Part shown: one piece after another, positions 12,701 to 42,518 of the stretch | Layout of the letters: every line of letters begins with the position of its first letter | Numbering within the stretch: position 1 is the stretch's first letter | From: Balanoglossus misakiensis | Taxonomy: Eukaryota; Animalia; Hemichordata | DNA: 64,000 bases | Direction: 5' to 3' | NCBI GenBank assembly: GCA_040954595.2 | Contig: CM082593.2 | Span: forward strand, 7,972,043 to 8,036,042 | Translations under genes and position numbers: made by a program | The notes under the pieces: generated by a model | Database searches by the model: none | What the model saw: only the letters and a program-made list of their open reading frames with translations | Told to the model about the DNA's origin: nothing

Positions 12701-14214
12701 GAACGGCAATCTGTCTTTTCACACCATATGCTGAGAAGACACATACAAAAAATGAGTTCCGGTAGAATGATATTAAAATAAAGTCCGTGTTGGGTCTGAT
12801 AACGTTAACGGTATGATGTAACGGTTTCCCCATCCCCTGGGGTCGACTTTGACTCTCTCACAGCCCCTCTCGTCGTCCATGCAGGCTTATGGACTGATAT
12901 TCGAATAAATAAGTGTTAACAGCCCTAAGGTTCGCTACACAACATCATATGGGGCTTCTCCTTTGCTAAACAGTTGAGGGCGCATCAGTGAAGAACCTTG
13001 TAGCGAACCGTGGGCTGTGAGAGAGTCTAGGGTCGACCCTACCCCGGGCACCCCACCCCCACCCCTGAAGACCCGAAATGCTGTATAAAGAGGGATCGGG
13101 ATGGTTCATCTATCCCTGGATTTAAAAAAAAACTTGAGTGGGCGGATGATCACGTGATTCTTGCCAGTAATTCGAATATTTCGATACGCCTTCTGAACCA
13201 TACATGGTCATACATAGATTTCGAAAACCATATTTGGGTTGATGTAAATGATCATTTCGACCGTTTTTAACACCGTATATGGGCATTATGTAAATTAGAG
13301 GTGCTTGTAATTCCTTAAATATGAGGCTGTGGTACACAAATTTTCACAACTTTGCAAGTCGCCGACAGCAGCCAAATCCAGCATTCTCACCCAGTGTTTG
13401 ATTCCGAAGACCGGTAAGTTTTGTTGTTTTCGTTTTTTGTTGAAGTTTACTCATTGCAGCTGGAATAGTAAGATAAATTTCTCTCTGTTTCCTTGACCAA
13501 AAATTAGACGTAGGCCTAAAACCATTCGAAATCCCTATACCATACTTGTTGTGACTTTCTAATTTTATAAGCCGTTATATTTGCGATTGCCAACAAAACT
13601 AAAATTTTATTCAGGCCCATCAGATGATCCCAGATCCTTACCTGAGAAACAATACGTTCTTTTTAGCTGTTATCAACTTTTAATCTTCCATTTAGCACTG
13701 ATGCAGTGTATGAGACATTAACAGCTAGCTGTGGGCCTATATTCGATATGTTTATCAACCATCGCAATTCGCTTCTAGAAAATGAATACCGAACGCGACA
13801 GTGAAACAGTCGGGGCGAAAAATCTTATATACGTCTATGGCTGCGAAATTTCAGAGCGATTTGCTTGCAAGGATTTTGCCCCCAAATCTCATGTACACGT
13901 ATGCATGACATTGGCTGTTATTGAGGTATTCATATACTTGTGTCGCTGGTTGCAGAGATAAATCATTTGGCACTTTTATGAGGGCAATATGTTAGCTTAC
14001 ATGTATGTAATAAAAATACACATTAATTGCATTGGAAATATTTGGCCTGGGTGTGTTTGCATGTGTTCCTAATTGATGCCAAAACGTTTCGAGTTCATGA
14101 AATGCCCCTCACCAGAATCTACCGCTTGGTTTTATATATATATATTTTAATGATATTTTAATTGAAAAGTGGTTGTCTTCATTTTGCTCACGTTGCAGGA
14201 CTTCCACGACAACC

Positions 14215-14586
14215 ATGTATTTCATCATCTTAGCAGCAGCCCTTATCGGTTATGCAAATGCCGCCTGCGACAGCGTCAGTGGTGAGCAAAACTTCTGTGC
14301 TGTGCTGTACGAGCACACATTTTGTGAAGGTTCGGCTCTGACCATCGGCCAACCGGGAGAGTACGTCGCTAATATGCACGACGGCACATTTTTCGACCTC
14401 ATATCGTCTGTCCGGGTCGCTCCCGGCTGCAAGATTGTCATGTATGAGCACGTCGACTACGAAGGTGACCAGCTGAAGGTTTCCGGCCCTGGAATCAACG
14501 ACGACTTCACGGCAACTCCCCGCCCCGACGGTAACTGGAACGACATCGTGTCCGGCTACCGATGCGAGTGCTGCACCATTGCTTGA
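14215..14586 (+). CDS. Secreted syncollin-like / beta-gamma-crystallin-fold protein, copy 2
   Basis: Same as copy 1 except A105D (gcc>gac) and one silent gaa>gag; splice sites intact. Confidence 0.85.
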   Translation: MYFIILAAALIGYANAACDSVSGEQNFCAVLYEHTFCEGSALTIGQPGEYVANMHDGTFFDLISSVRVAPGCKIVMYEHVDYEGDQLKVSGPGINDDFTATPRPDGNWNDIVSGYRCECCTIA

Positions 14587-16779
14587 AGAAGAACGGGCGA
14601 AATGAACAATAAAGAACATTAACGCTCTTTATTTGAACGAAGTTGAAAATGTAAACAGCTATGTTTCAGACTCTTGGTTTATTGTTGCATGTTCACTAAT
14701 TCTCTGGCTTTTTGTAGTGGTACCACAAACTTCATAAGCAATAAACATAATCTGCAACCTGAATTATTTGCAGTTTCTCGTTTTATTTTCCCTGTTATAC
14801 TTTCACTGATCGAAAACAACACGAACAATTATGTTAAAGTCACAATTATTTTATAACAGCTTACTTTGGTTGCCCCTAGAAACATGGCTACCAAATTGCA
14901 AAGCAATCTGTCATGCGGTTTTAGATTAAAAGATTTTTACCAAAAATGGCAAAAAGGCTCAAAATGATAAGTATGCAAAGTTTGCAACAATTTCAGAAAA
15001 GAAGATTTCTTACCAAAAACGCGGAAAACGACAAAAATGCATAAAAATGGAAAGTTCAGAATATTAACTCCAAACATACTATATGAGGTTGACGTAAGGT
15101 ACATGCCTACCAATTGTCAAATCAATCCGACTAGTGGTTGTTGAGTTTTGACCAATTTCAGATCTTCCCAGCCAATTTGCATATTTTTAGCAATGACTAC
15201 TTCATTTGAACAAAATCACATCTACAGTTAAGCCTGCATGTACACACGAAATATCGAGGTGATATGCGCAGCGGTTTTCATATTTTGTGTGGACAGACAT
15301 GCAGACATACATCCATACATACAGACGGAACTGATTCCATAAGGTCCTATGAAAAATATATATACCAAATGGGACCTAACAATAATAAAAACATGGTGCT
15401 GGACGTGCTAAAACTATCTACAAAGTGGGGAGAGAGAGAGAGGGGGGGGGAGGGGGAGAGAGAGACCCTCTTTCTGCAGTGCCCAGCGTATGTGTACTGT
15501 GCCGAAGGCAAAATCTATTTTTGCCGTCCAAGGTTGTTGCTTGCGACACTCAACACGACTAAGAAATCGCCGATTTTAAAGGAATTATTAACACCGCATA
15601 TACATGTGTTTTCATTTCCACGCCAAACAGTAATGCGAATTAGTGTAAATAAATTAATGCGTCAGTCGCCTGGTTTATTCGAAGATCTTGAATGCTGTAC
15701 TCCGGCCGTCACAAAGCCTGCCCAGCTGGAAAGACATAACGACCATTCAATGAGGGTGTCATTGTTGTGACGAATGGACGCTATGAGTGTGTCAACAGCC
15801 GTAAACAATATTGTGCGGTGACAGCTCTAGCGTGCTCACTTGTTAGAAACGCAATGACAATGGTATCCCAGCAGTTGTCATCCTCGACGTTGCGTGTACA
15901 CACAGGCTCAACACGGACAGGATCCGACAAAATTTGTACCTTTGATCAGTCACCTTGTGCCCGTTGGTTGAAGTCAGCAAAACAGCATTTTTTTAAGTTT
16001 CCCAAACGGTTTCACTGGTAGGTAGCAATTATATTTTCTGACAATATTCACCTTATACTGGTATTCGAAGATATTAGGGCTGCATGTACTGCTTAATGAC
16101 TTGGTCGTATTTACAAATGTTACGTAGTATTTGTGGATAAGGTTGTTAAAGTCCTGTCCTGTTAGTAGTACAAGACAATTGCGAGGTTATAAAACTCAGG
16201 TACAAGTGTAGCCTTGTCATGTATGAGAGAAATATTAGCCGTCGTGGTGCATTAGCGAGCTGATAGAAAAAAGGTATGTTCAAAACACAGGTCTTTCACA
16301 CACATAGTTTTAAATAGGAACTGTGGCCCGCTATTCTGTCCTTCAATGCCCTTTGTTGAATTGTATAGACCCTTACATTACAATGTGCTATTATTGCGGT
16401 ATATAAACTGAAGAGCAGCCCCGTCTCGATGTTGTGTGTGGTTGGACGGCCAGACATGGGTGAAATCCAATGATATGGTGACATGAAATGTGAGAATATC
16501 CAAAAAATGATTGACATTGTTTATTAATCGAGGAAAATGTCTTAATTGGCATGACGTCACTACTCCTTCGATGATAATGTGGTTGCGTGGAGATTGAATG
16601 GCTGTTTATTGAAATAGCGGTAAGGTTCCGGTAGACATGACAGTGGGGGCCCGGTTTTGAACTCATTGCAACTCGATAACACTCGGTTTTCAGCTGTAAT
16701 TTTCATTCACTTTATTGGTCATACACGGTAAACAAAGTGTGTCTAACTCTTCGAATGACCGTTTGGTGGCGCACATATC

Positions 16780-16959
16780 AAAGGTAAACGATCAAACCAA
16801 ATTTACACATTCCTACAAAATGGTCGAAAGGGCGTGTCTCAGTTTTCAAATTTACATTTGATGGCGCACTTTATTCGTGTACGCCATCAACTGAAAATCT
16901 GTGATTCGCTATATTTGTATTTTTCATGGTAATAGTGTTTACATTTGCATAGGTGACCG
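16780..16959. mobile_element. Degenerate copy of the 326-518 MITE family
   Basis: Shares atttacac/t..., atggcg, ctgaaaatctg.gatt, catggt and atttgcataggtgaccg with 326-518. Confidence 0.6.
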
Positions 16960-17044
16960 AATTGAAGTGCTGCGACTTTTAACAATTCAGTTCCCTTTGG
17001 TGCGTTTCAAACAGGTACCGATGCATTTTCGGGGATCTGGCCTA

Positions 17045-17052
17045 TGACGTCA
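17045..17052. promoter_or_regulatory. CRE palindrome TGACGTCA 60 bp upstream of the EF-hand/death-domain ATG (second CRE at 16552-16559; CACGTG at 17093)
   Basis: Exact consensus matches; function untested. Confidence 0.4.
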
Positions 17053-17104
17053 CTTTATTCAAAGTTTCGCTCAGTAAATACAGTCTGGGTATCACGTGTC
17101 AACA

Positions 17105-19712
17105 ATGGGAACATTTGCAAGTTCTTTTGAAGGATCGCAGGGAGGTATAGTCCATACCTACACCGATTCAACAAAACCCAATTGGCTGACAGCTCACTCC
17201 AAGGCTTGTAAAAGTAGGTACACGTACTGTTGTTTCACGTAAGGTGTTTTTTTTCTTCAAAAAGTTCCTACGCGTCACAGGAAGAGCTTGTGCAAACAAA
17301 TTTTATATTTGTTTTCATTATTTTTTTTAACCAGTCGACCCACAATTACTGAAAGTCAGCAAAAAGTATCTCACTGAACAGAACAACAAACCTTACAACA
17401 GGTACATGATCTCCTGGATTATGTCTAAATTAACGACGCAAGCACTATTATAGACGATGTCATGCCACACCAATTCAAAGACTGAACAATTATGTCACAC
17501 AGTGACCTAGGCCTACGTGTAGCACGCAAACCAATGGCCAAAACGGCACATGCGGCTGTCGAGAGTCTAAATTCTTTTCAGTGGACTAACTCTCGTCATT
17601 CATAGAATTACTCGCAAGCCTTGAAGTAATAGGGCACTTAAAGAAGTTTCGGGTTCATTTAATGTTTTGTTTCGAATTCGTTGCAGTGGATTTACCGGAC
17701 GTGGAGAGACTCTGGTCGAGATTTCAATATCTTGGCTGTGATGATAGAGGGATCCTAGATGAACCAACGTTACAGAATCGAGTCAAAGATGACGTATTCT
17801 TGAAACAGGTTTCTAAATTTACAAACATACCAGTGATCAGGAATTCTCCATGAAAAATATACTTTTAACATATTTAGAGATGAAACGTAAAGGGCCAGAA
17901 TTTATAATTTTGATGGTAGGTTCAACAGTCACAGTTAATCTTTTGTATTTACCAGATAGTGAAGTACTTCCCGAGAGACAGAGAAGGCAATTTGCACTTC
18001 CAAACTTTCTGTAACGCGATGAAATGGTTCGAACAGCCTGACCCATTCAACCGAACACATGCACTGGAGATCAAAATTAGAGGTAAATCCCTTGATAAAA
18101 CCAGGCAGTTGGGTGACAATGTGATGAATGTACGTCTTTACGATAAAGAATATAAATTTGATTTGTACAGATATGTCAAAGTTAAACCTATACATGTTTA
18201 TAATTTTATCGGGTATTTACTAATACAGCTATCTTCAAGACGTTGAATGGTGGTGAACCAGTCTCCCAAGATCTTTTAACGAATATTATCTCCAAAATAT
18301 ATCTCGGCGAATCAAGAGTGAGTTGGACTTGCTTTTATTCCAAGTGCTTCTATTACATATAGAGTTAGTTAAACACTGTCTTATAATTGAAAGTGCACGT
18401 GGATTTGAAGTGTAATTTGAGATGGTCAAGTCAATCTGAAGAAATTCTGTGACAGCAACCGTTAACCGGATAGGAGGTTGAACAGAGGGTCCGACACAAA
18501 TTGGTGTGCACTGCCAGATTATTTCAGTTCACGTCAATCTTCACGCCAAGTGTTGTTTTGTTTTATTTTGTCTTTTTAAAGGAAGACCTGAGTAAAAGAT
18601 CACATCTGTTGATGCACTGCATTGATGACAAAAAACAAGGTAATGAAAGTTCAATACTAGTAGCACTTTTACACACCAATTCAGTCATCATGACAACGCC
18701 AATATGGTCAGTATTACAGGTGTTAATTTGAATCACTGACCTTTATTTCGTTTTACTAGGTAAATTTGACGAAGAACAGTTTGTGACATGGATAAAAAAG
18801 TTGCCTGAAAAGACCGTGAACTCCATCTTAGAATTCAGCGTTGTTCCAGCTGAGTTAAAGGAATACGCGCAAGGCACTATGGGAGCACCTGGTGCCGATA
18901 GTACATATCGACCGACCAAATTAGGCACATCAGAACAATCACTTCGGACCATAGCAGAAGTAAGTACACGTACCATCAACAGTGACTACGGCGAGAAGTT
19001 GAGTGTTGGCCCGATGGGGTGTAATATACCTGAATTATTAACTATGATTGATGTATTTATCGGCAGTTTGTTTGAAAAAATAGAACATTCTTACACATTT
19101 TCATAAAAGAAATTTGCGGACCACTGTAGAGCCGACACAACTTCTGCGATAATCTGGAGACTACATCGAAATTTGAGGGTTTTACACACAAACGTATTTC
19201 ATAACTTCATACACTGTAATTCTTTACCAAACATTCTGTATTATTTCTGAAATATCGAATTCGAGACTTCCAACTTATTTTTATTATTGATTTCGCAGGA
19301 CTCGAGAGGTGCACGTGACCCAACGGCTCGGCCAACGAATGGGGCGCTTTTCCAAATTTCCTATAAAATAGCAGAACGCGATTGGTTGTTCTTTGCCAAC
19401 AAACTGGGCTTTACCGAATTAGAAGTGGAGAAGATCAAACGAAAGGCTCCAGGAAGAAATAGAGATCAGGTATTGCATACAATACGATCTTGCCAATTTA
19501 AACAAATATATACGTTATACATTCATTCAACTTACTCCTTTCCATTTTTGTTTTAATTTTAGGTGTTTGAGCTTTTACAGCGTTGGGTGGCTCGGGATGG
19601 AATGTTAGCAACCGTCGGCGCCCTCGAGGAAGCTTTGCTGGAGAGTGGAATGACTGACGTCATACATGCTTTGCACGCTATGTCGAGAACCACATTAAAT
19701 AAACCCCGTTAA
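17105..19712 (+). CDS. N-myristoylated calcineurin-B/CHP-like EF-hand protein with a C-terminal death domain (8 exons)
   Basis: Exons 17105-17213, 17687-17808, 17956-18082, 18229-18317, 18582-18639, 18760-18959, 19299-19469 and 19563-19712 are all phase-compatible. MGTFASS fits MGxxxS; VERLWSRFQYL resembles CHP/CnB IxRLYxRF; four EF-like units follow. The C-terminus has the death-domain pattern DWLFFANKLGFTELEVEKIK...DQVFELLQRW...ATVGALEEAL...GMTDV. Confidence 0.85.
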
Positions 19713-19887
19713 AGAGACATGAGCTGCTAAATATCACACATTTTCCCACAATAGAATACAATGCACTGTTATTCTAGACATGCTTCACAAATTTCACACT
19801 TCCTAAGTACTGCCATTGCAAGAAATAAAGGATAAGGCATATGTTACAGAAATTACATCATTTTATTTCTCTCAATACATTCAGAGA

Positions 19888-20125
19888 TGAACATGTGTTA
19901 TATGGTCCAAAACAACATCCCAAATGCATATACATTTAATATTTTACACAACTTTTATTGTAAATTTTGTAAATTCACACCTTGACAAGTGCAATGCTAT
20001 CAATTCAGGAATGAACATGTGTTATATGGTCAAAACAACATCCGAAATGCATATACATTGAACATTTCACACAACTTTTATTGCAAATTTTGTAAATTCA
20101 CACCTTGACAAGTGCAATGCTATCC
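19888..20125. repeat. Two-copy direct repeat, period ~123 bp, between convergent 3' ends
   Basis: atgaacatgtgttatatggtc...cttgacaagtgcaatgctatc starts at 19888 and again at 20011. Confidence 0.9.
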
Positions 20126-20615
20126 ATTATGTGCTAATGATTAATTTGGACGTAGCTGTATACACAGATCATTTATTTTATGCTGCACACCATAAGATTA
20201 TTGGGTGGATGAGACAGTCATAAGCGCTGATAGGTTTAATGATACAGCAGCTTTACTCTAATGGAGGATTAATGTTGTACATGGAATGCTGTATGAGTTC
20301 AATGATGTAGGTAGTACTGACTTGTTCCATGGTATAACTGTATACAAATTTGTTTGAAACATATGAGATAAATCAATGCCGAATGGCTACAACACTCCTT
20401 GCTTTTTGCCAGAGGTCCATATATCTGCTGTGACCTTGTTTTGTTAATTGTCTGTGCTGTACTTTTTTTGTTTGCGTTTTGAACTGGACAACCCCTTCCC
20501 TTTAAAGTATGTGTCCATGTGCCAATTGGTTGTGCAACGAACACAGTCACATGCTTAGTTGTTAAACTCATAAATAAAGACTTCAATGACATAGTCCTCT
20601 GCTAATTGGTGAGTG

Positions 20616-38120
<17,505 letters not shown>

Positions 38121-39324
38121 GTTCCCCGCGCCGCGCTGGTCTGTCGTCCAACTGACTTTATATTCCCGTAGGTTCTCTGTTAATGACCTGGTTGCCTAGA
38201 CCAGCGTGGTGCACAGGAGAGCCGACTCGAGGGACGTAAGGTGAACGCACTTTTAAAGCTTAAAGTGTTGAACGGGGAGGGGGTTATGTAAATTGACATA
38301 AGGAAAAATTGCGATCGACCTTTACCCCACACTCGGTAGAATATTAATCCACAGACTGTCTGTGATTAATCTAAAACCCTTTGAAGCCCTGGGCCGTGAG
38401 ACCATAAGAAACATTTAAAGCCGCCACCATTTGGGCCGGAATTTCAGCTGGCTTCTAAAATTATCAAAGATAACCCACAATAACCATACATTTTTTGGAA
38501 TCACCATAACACCGCTGTCCCAAAAATATGGAAATTATTGTCATGTGGCCGTATTATATATTCAAAATGGCCACCAGAAAAATTGGGATTGTTTTCATAT
38601 ATTTCTCTATTTTTAGTAGATCTTCAATAATTAATCATTTTCCAGTACCAAACCTTACTTTTCTGACAAATCACTATGAACTGATAAGAAATTGCAAAAA
38701 TATTGGAAGATACACCAACATTAGAAATTTATCACTATATTTTTATCGGTTTTCAAAGAAAATATTCATCTGTCTTTTTACGGTACTAAAATCAAAAGGT
38801 TTGGCCTAAAGTCCATTGACTTTGAATGTTTTTAAAATTTTACATAAATTTTCTTGATCTGAATTATCACTGAAGAAGTATACAATACACCCCTGGTAAG
38901 AGTCAAACACCATCAAGGTATCATGTTATGTAACAAATGATATCTGAAGTTCAGCAAGCCTCCAAAGTTAACATTTATTTGTTTGTTTGTTTGTAATCAC
39001 CATGAATACTTAACCTAAATGTGCAAATACTGGTCATGTGACCCCTCACTAATTATTCAAAATAGCCATCAACATTAGGAATTTATTATTTTTACATACA
39101 TTGGTTCCTATAGACATCATTCATTGTTTATAATTTCACACCACTAAGTCATTTCAGTCAAGTTTTCCCATAAAATACAGTCGTATAATATATACATAAA
39201 ATGGTCTATCTATAATGAAGAATGCACAATACTCATATAGAAAGGTCATACGTTTAGCCTTAAAAACCGAGAGTAAGTATACTATTAGTCCAAGAACAAT
39301 TTACACTATAAATGACTCAAATAT

Positions 39325-39618
39325 AAGGCTAAATAAAATAATTTGTGTTGTTCCAATTACATGGTTTTCAAAGATAGGGTAGGTAGGTAGGGATATTTTT
39401 ATTGTCCGATTTTTTGTATTTCTTACCAGTAATGCGCATTATACATCAGAAAAACCGTAATGTAGAAGAAAGACGTCATGGTTCTTCGCGTGATTTTCAT
39501 CTATTTCGTATATTTCACATCGTTATTTTTACTTCCGTGTTTACGAAGCGGGTTAAAATTAGGGTAGGTCGGGAAATCGGAACATATTAACAGCGCGCAT
39601 TTGTTTTATTTTGGCCAA
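39325..39618. mobile_element. Probable MITE just downstream of the opsin stop codon
   Basis: aggctaaataaaa ... ttttattttggcc ends with an internal direct repeat tagggtaggt.gg. Confidence 0.4.
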
Positions 39619-39669
39619 AATTACTCTTTGAATTGTCACTTAATTGCTATTGTATGTAAGACCAATGAT

Positions 39670-42329
39670 CTACAATGAAGTTGTTTTCTGATCTTCTTCA
39701 CTAGCAACGTATGCTTTATTTTCCTGGCCCATCTGAGTGCCGCTTTCACTGTCAGGCGTCTTAGAATCTTCGCTACCATCTGCTAATATACGTTGTTTGT
39801 CATCGTTATTATCGTTTGACGGCTCTGATGAAGGTGTCGTTGGCACGCTCCGTTCTTCGCCGCCACCTGTCTCAAGTTCTGTCATCGTGCCCGTTGAAAC
39901 AGCGAAATTAGTTTGCACTGCGATGTTGTTCGGCTGTTGGGTCTGAGGAGTGACGACAGTGCTAGGTTGGGCTTGACCTGGCGACGGCTTTTCTTGATTT
40001 GGTGGCGATGGTGCCGTTTTCTCAACAGCTGCACTGACTTCGTTGAGTCGAGCGTCGACTTCTCGTTTGACGCTCTGCACTCGCGACACAGTGGCGGCTG
40101 GCTGAGAGTCCATGGTGCTGTCGTCAGCGTAGGAGTCATACTGCGATTCCGATCCAGCCTGAGATTCCGATTCCTCCTCTTCGGAAGTCGATCTTTCGGC
40201 GATATCGATTTCGTCCTGCACTGACATGCGCCTGCGGCCGCCTTTACGACCAACTCCCTTGGCGGCCTTCTTGGCCTTCTTGGCCGCCTTCTTTTTCTTG
40301 CCGAGGTTCTTCAGACAAGGACACATGTCTCCAAAATGTTCACCCAGAGCTTGTTGAAACTTCTCGTGCGTAATTGCATAAACTATAGGGTTGTAGACGC
40401 AGGAACTCTTAGCGAAGACGACGGGAAGGAACGCCATCAGCGGAGTTAACATACTTTCATCTATGTACATACCGATAACACATACAGAGGCGTACGGTAA
40501 CCACGAAAGCATAAAAAGAGTAATCAAATACAAGGCTATCTTGGCGATAACAAACTCCTTCTTTGATTCCTTCAATTGTTTCTTCATATTTTTTGCCGTT
40601 TTGTTTTTTTCGCCTTTCTTCGCAACCCTTTCTTGGATCGCGTTTAGCTTCTTACGATGTGTTCGTAACATGAATATCATTTTCACATAAGAATAAATAA
40701 TGATTAAAACCGGGATTAAGAAAGAAAATACATACATAAAAGACACAAAGCTCATGTTGATGATTGTTTTTGTAAGGTAATCAAATGTACAACTTCTCGC
40801 ATAACTCTCAAACATATAATTACCGAACCCAACTAATGGCGATACCGCAAATATTGCACAGTATAGCCAGATGCCAATAACGATATAAAGCGAACGTCTC
40901 TTAGTAACTGTCCTTGTCGCTTTCATTGGATTGCAGATGACGTAGCATCGATCGTAGGCAATCATTGACATTGTGACGATAGACATGATGCCAAACTGCG
41001 AACCAGTAACCGAATAAATCAAACAACCTGCAGAAAAATAGAAATATATAGTTCAATTTATAAAGGGGATACACCCTTTTTTTCTTCTCTTAGGTGTAAC
41101 GTTATAGCTAGTGTCATCTTCTAGCCAAGTAACCAGGTTTTACACGATAATGATGTTTTGAGGTATGGCCAACAAAAACAAATGATAAATTTGGTAGGTG
41201 AATAAGAGTTTTACTCTCATACCCTACAAACGGGATGGAAGTTGTGTGTGGTTGAACGTTGATTCACTATATATCCACATGTAGAATAACACAAACGGTG
41301 TCTTCTATCAAACAAAAGTAATGGGAAAAGGGCAGCGAGAGAGAGACTTTGTCCCTTTAAGGAATACCACAAACTTAAGGTATATATAAACTCACCAGTC
41401 CAACCGAAAAAAATCCATCTGCCATAGAAACAGGAAATTATCATCGGTGGAAAATTTGACATGTCCATCAGTAAATCACTCAGGGCTAGATTAACGATCA
41501 GCATATTACCGGGAGTCTGTAGATACTTGGTCCTGAAATGAAAACAAACACCAACTGATAAAAGGTGTAAAGTCACTAGACACCGTTTATGTTAATGTAC
41601 ATGGGTGTATGCAGTGAATAAACGTTCAACCACACATAACTGGCAGCCTGCTTGTATGATATGAGAGTAAAAGCTCTCCCAAAATGAATACATGGTAGAG
41701 ACCGATTATTCATTTTGGCGAGTTTTTTCACTCCTGTGTCTACAATGGGATGAAAGTTGTGTGTGGTTGAACGTCGAATCAATATATAACATAAACGGTG
41801 TCTTGTATCAAACAATGAATGGAAAAGGTCAGCGAGAGAGAGACTTTAAATGTATGAAGACTGCTGTACATGTACATCTTAGGTTGTAACTTGTATAAAA
41901 GCTTCATGAGTTTACCCAACTCCAGTACTGTTGTTCATTATACATCAAGTTCGACTTGTACAAGTGCATACTATTGTACAACTGAGTACTGGGCTTTATG
42001 TGGGAATTTAACTTACTAGTACTATTTTATCACTATACTGTGTCCAATCAAAATAGTATCGTCAAAAATATGGAAAACATTGCAAAGAACGCTGTGCATA
42101 AACAAAATATTAAATAGAAGGTGCTAAGCACATCATAGTTGAGCACTTACCGCGAAAACAGATAAACAACCACGCCGTTTCCTATAAATCCTATTGCTCC
42201 CATCACCATTAGGTAGATACCAGTTCCATAAAATAGAAATGGTGGTGCGACATCTTCCACTATTACTCTTACATCTGTGGTATTTACTGCTGCAGTTGCT
42301 TCACTTGAATTCATTGTGACGTTCTCCAT
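39670..42329 (-). CDS. Rhabdomeric (Gq/melanopsin-type) opsin, 3 coding exons
   Basis: Exons 42329-42151, 41532-41396 and 41027-39670. Motifs: GNGVV (TM1), LQTPGNMLIVNLALSD (TM2), Tyr at the 113-equivalent (CLIYS), DRC, E181-equivalent and SCTFDY in ECL2, SWLPYA, Schiff-base Lys in FAKSS, YNPIVYAITHEKF (HxK r-opsin signature) and CPCL palmitoylation site. Confidence 0.92.
41211..41360 (-). mobile_element. Intronic repeat family A (terminus TTAAAGGGACAAAG)
   Basis: Reverse complement of the start of 47674-47935. Confidence 0.8.
41658..41849 (-). mobile_element. Intronic repeat family A, degenerate copy
   Basis: Shares ggtagagaccgatta.tcattttggc, gtgtgtggttgaacgt and ggtgtcttgtatcaaaca with the other copies. 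Confidence 0.75.
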
Positions 42330-42518
42330 TTCGTGATATTTGTTCACTGAGGAGTGGATCTCTCCCTAAACCGGTTATAAAGATAAAAATATTGGATTAT
42401 ATTAGAAGACAAACATTTATGAAAATGTACTCGACTCTGCATTTCTTTTTCTTTTTTCTTTTTTTTTCTTTTTCTTTTTTTGCTTTTTTTACCGAAAAAC
42501 TGTTAATGAATAATTGAT

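Larger units (their letters stand above)
2873..15535. repeat. Head-to-tail tandem duplication of ~6.3 kb (copy 1 2873-9250, copy 2 9248-15535)
   Basis: The sequence from 2873 (gtttaaaagtcgataaaat) restarts at 9248, and the end of copy 1 (gccgtccaaggtt) recurs at 15523-15535. The junction has a 3-bp GTT microhomology. Confidence 0.95.

Noticed and set aside
15264-16021. 168-aa and 84-aa ORFs at the end of the duplication
   Set aside because: They cross repeat and GA-microsatellite sequence and have no recognisable domain or splice support.
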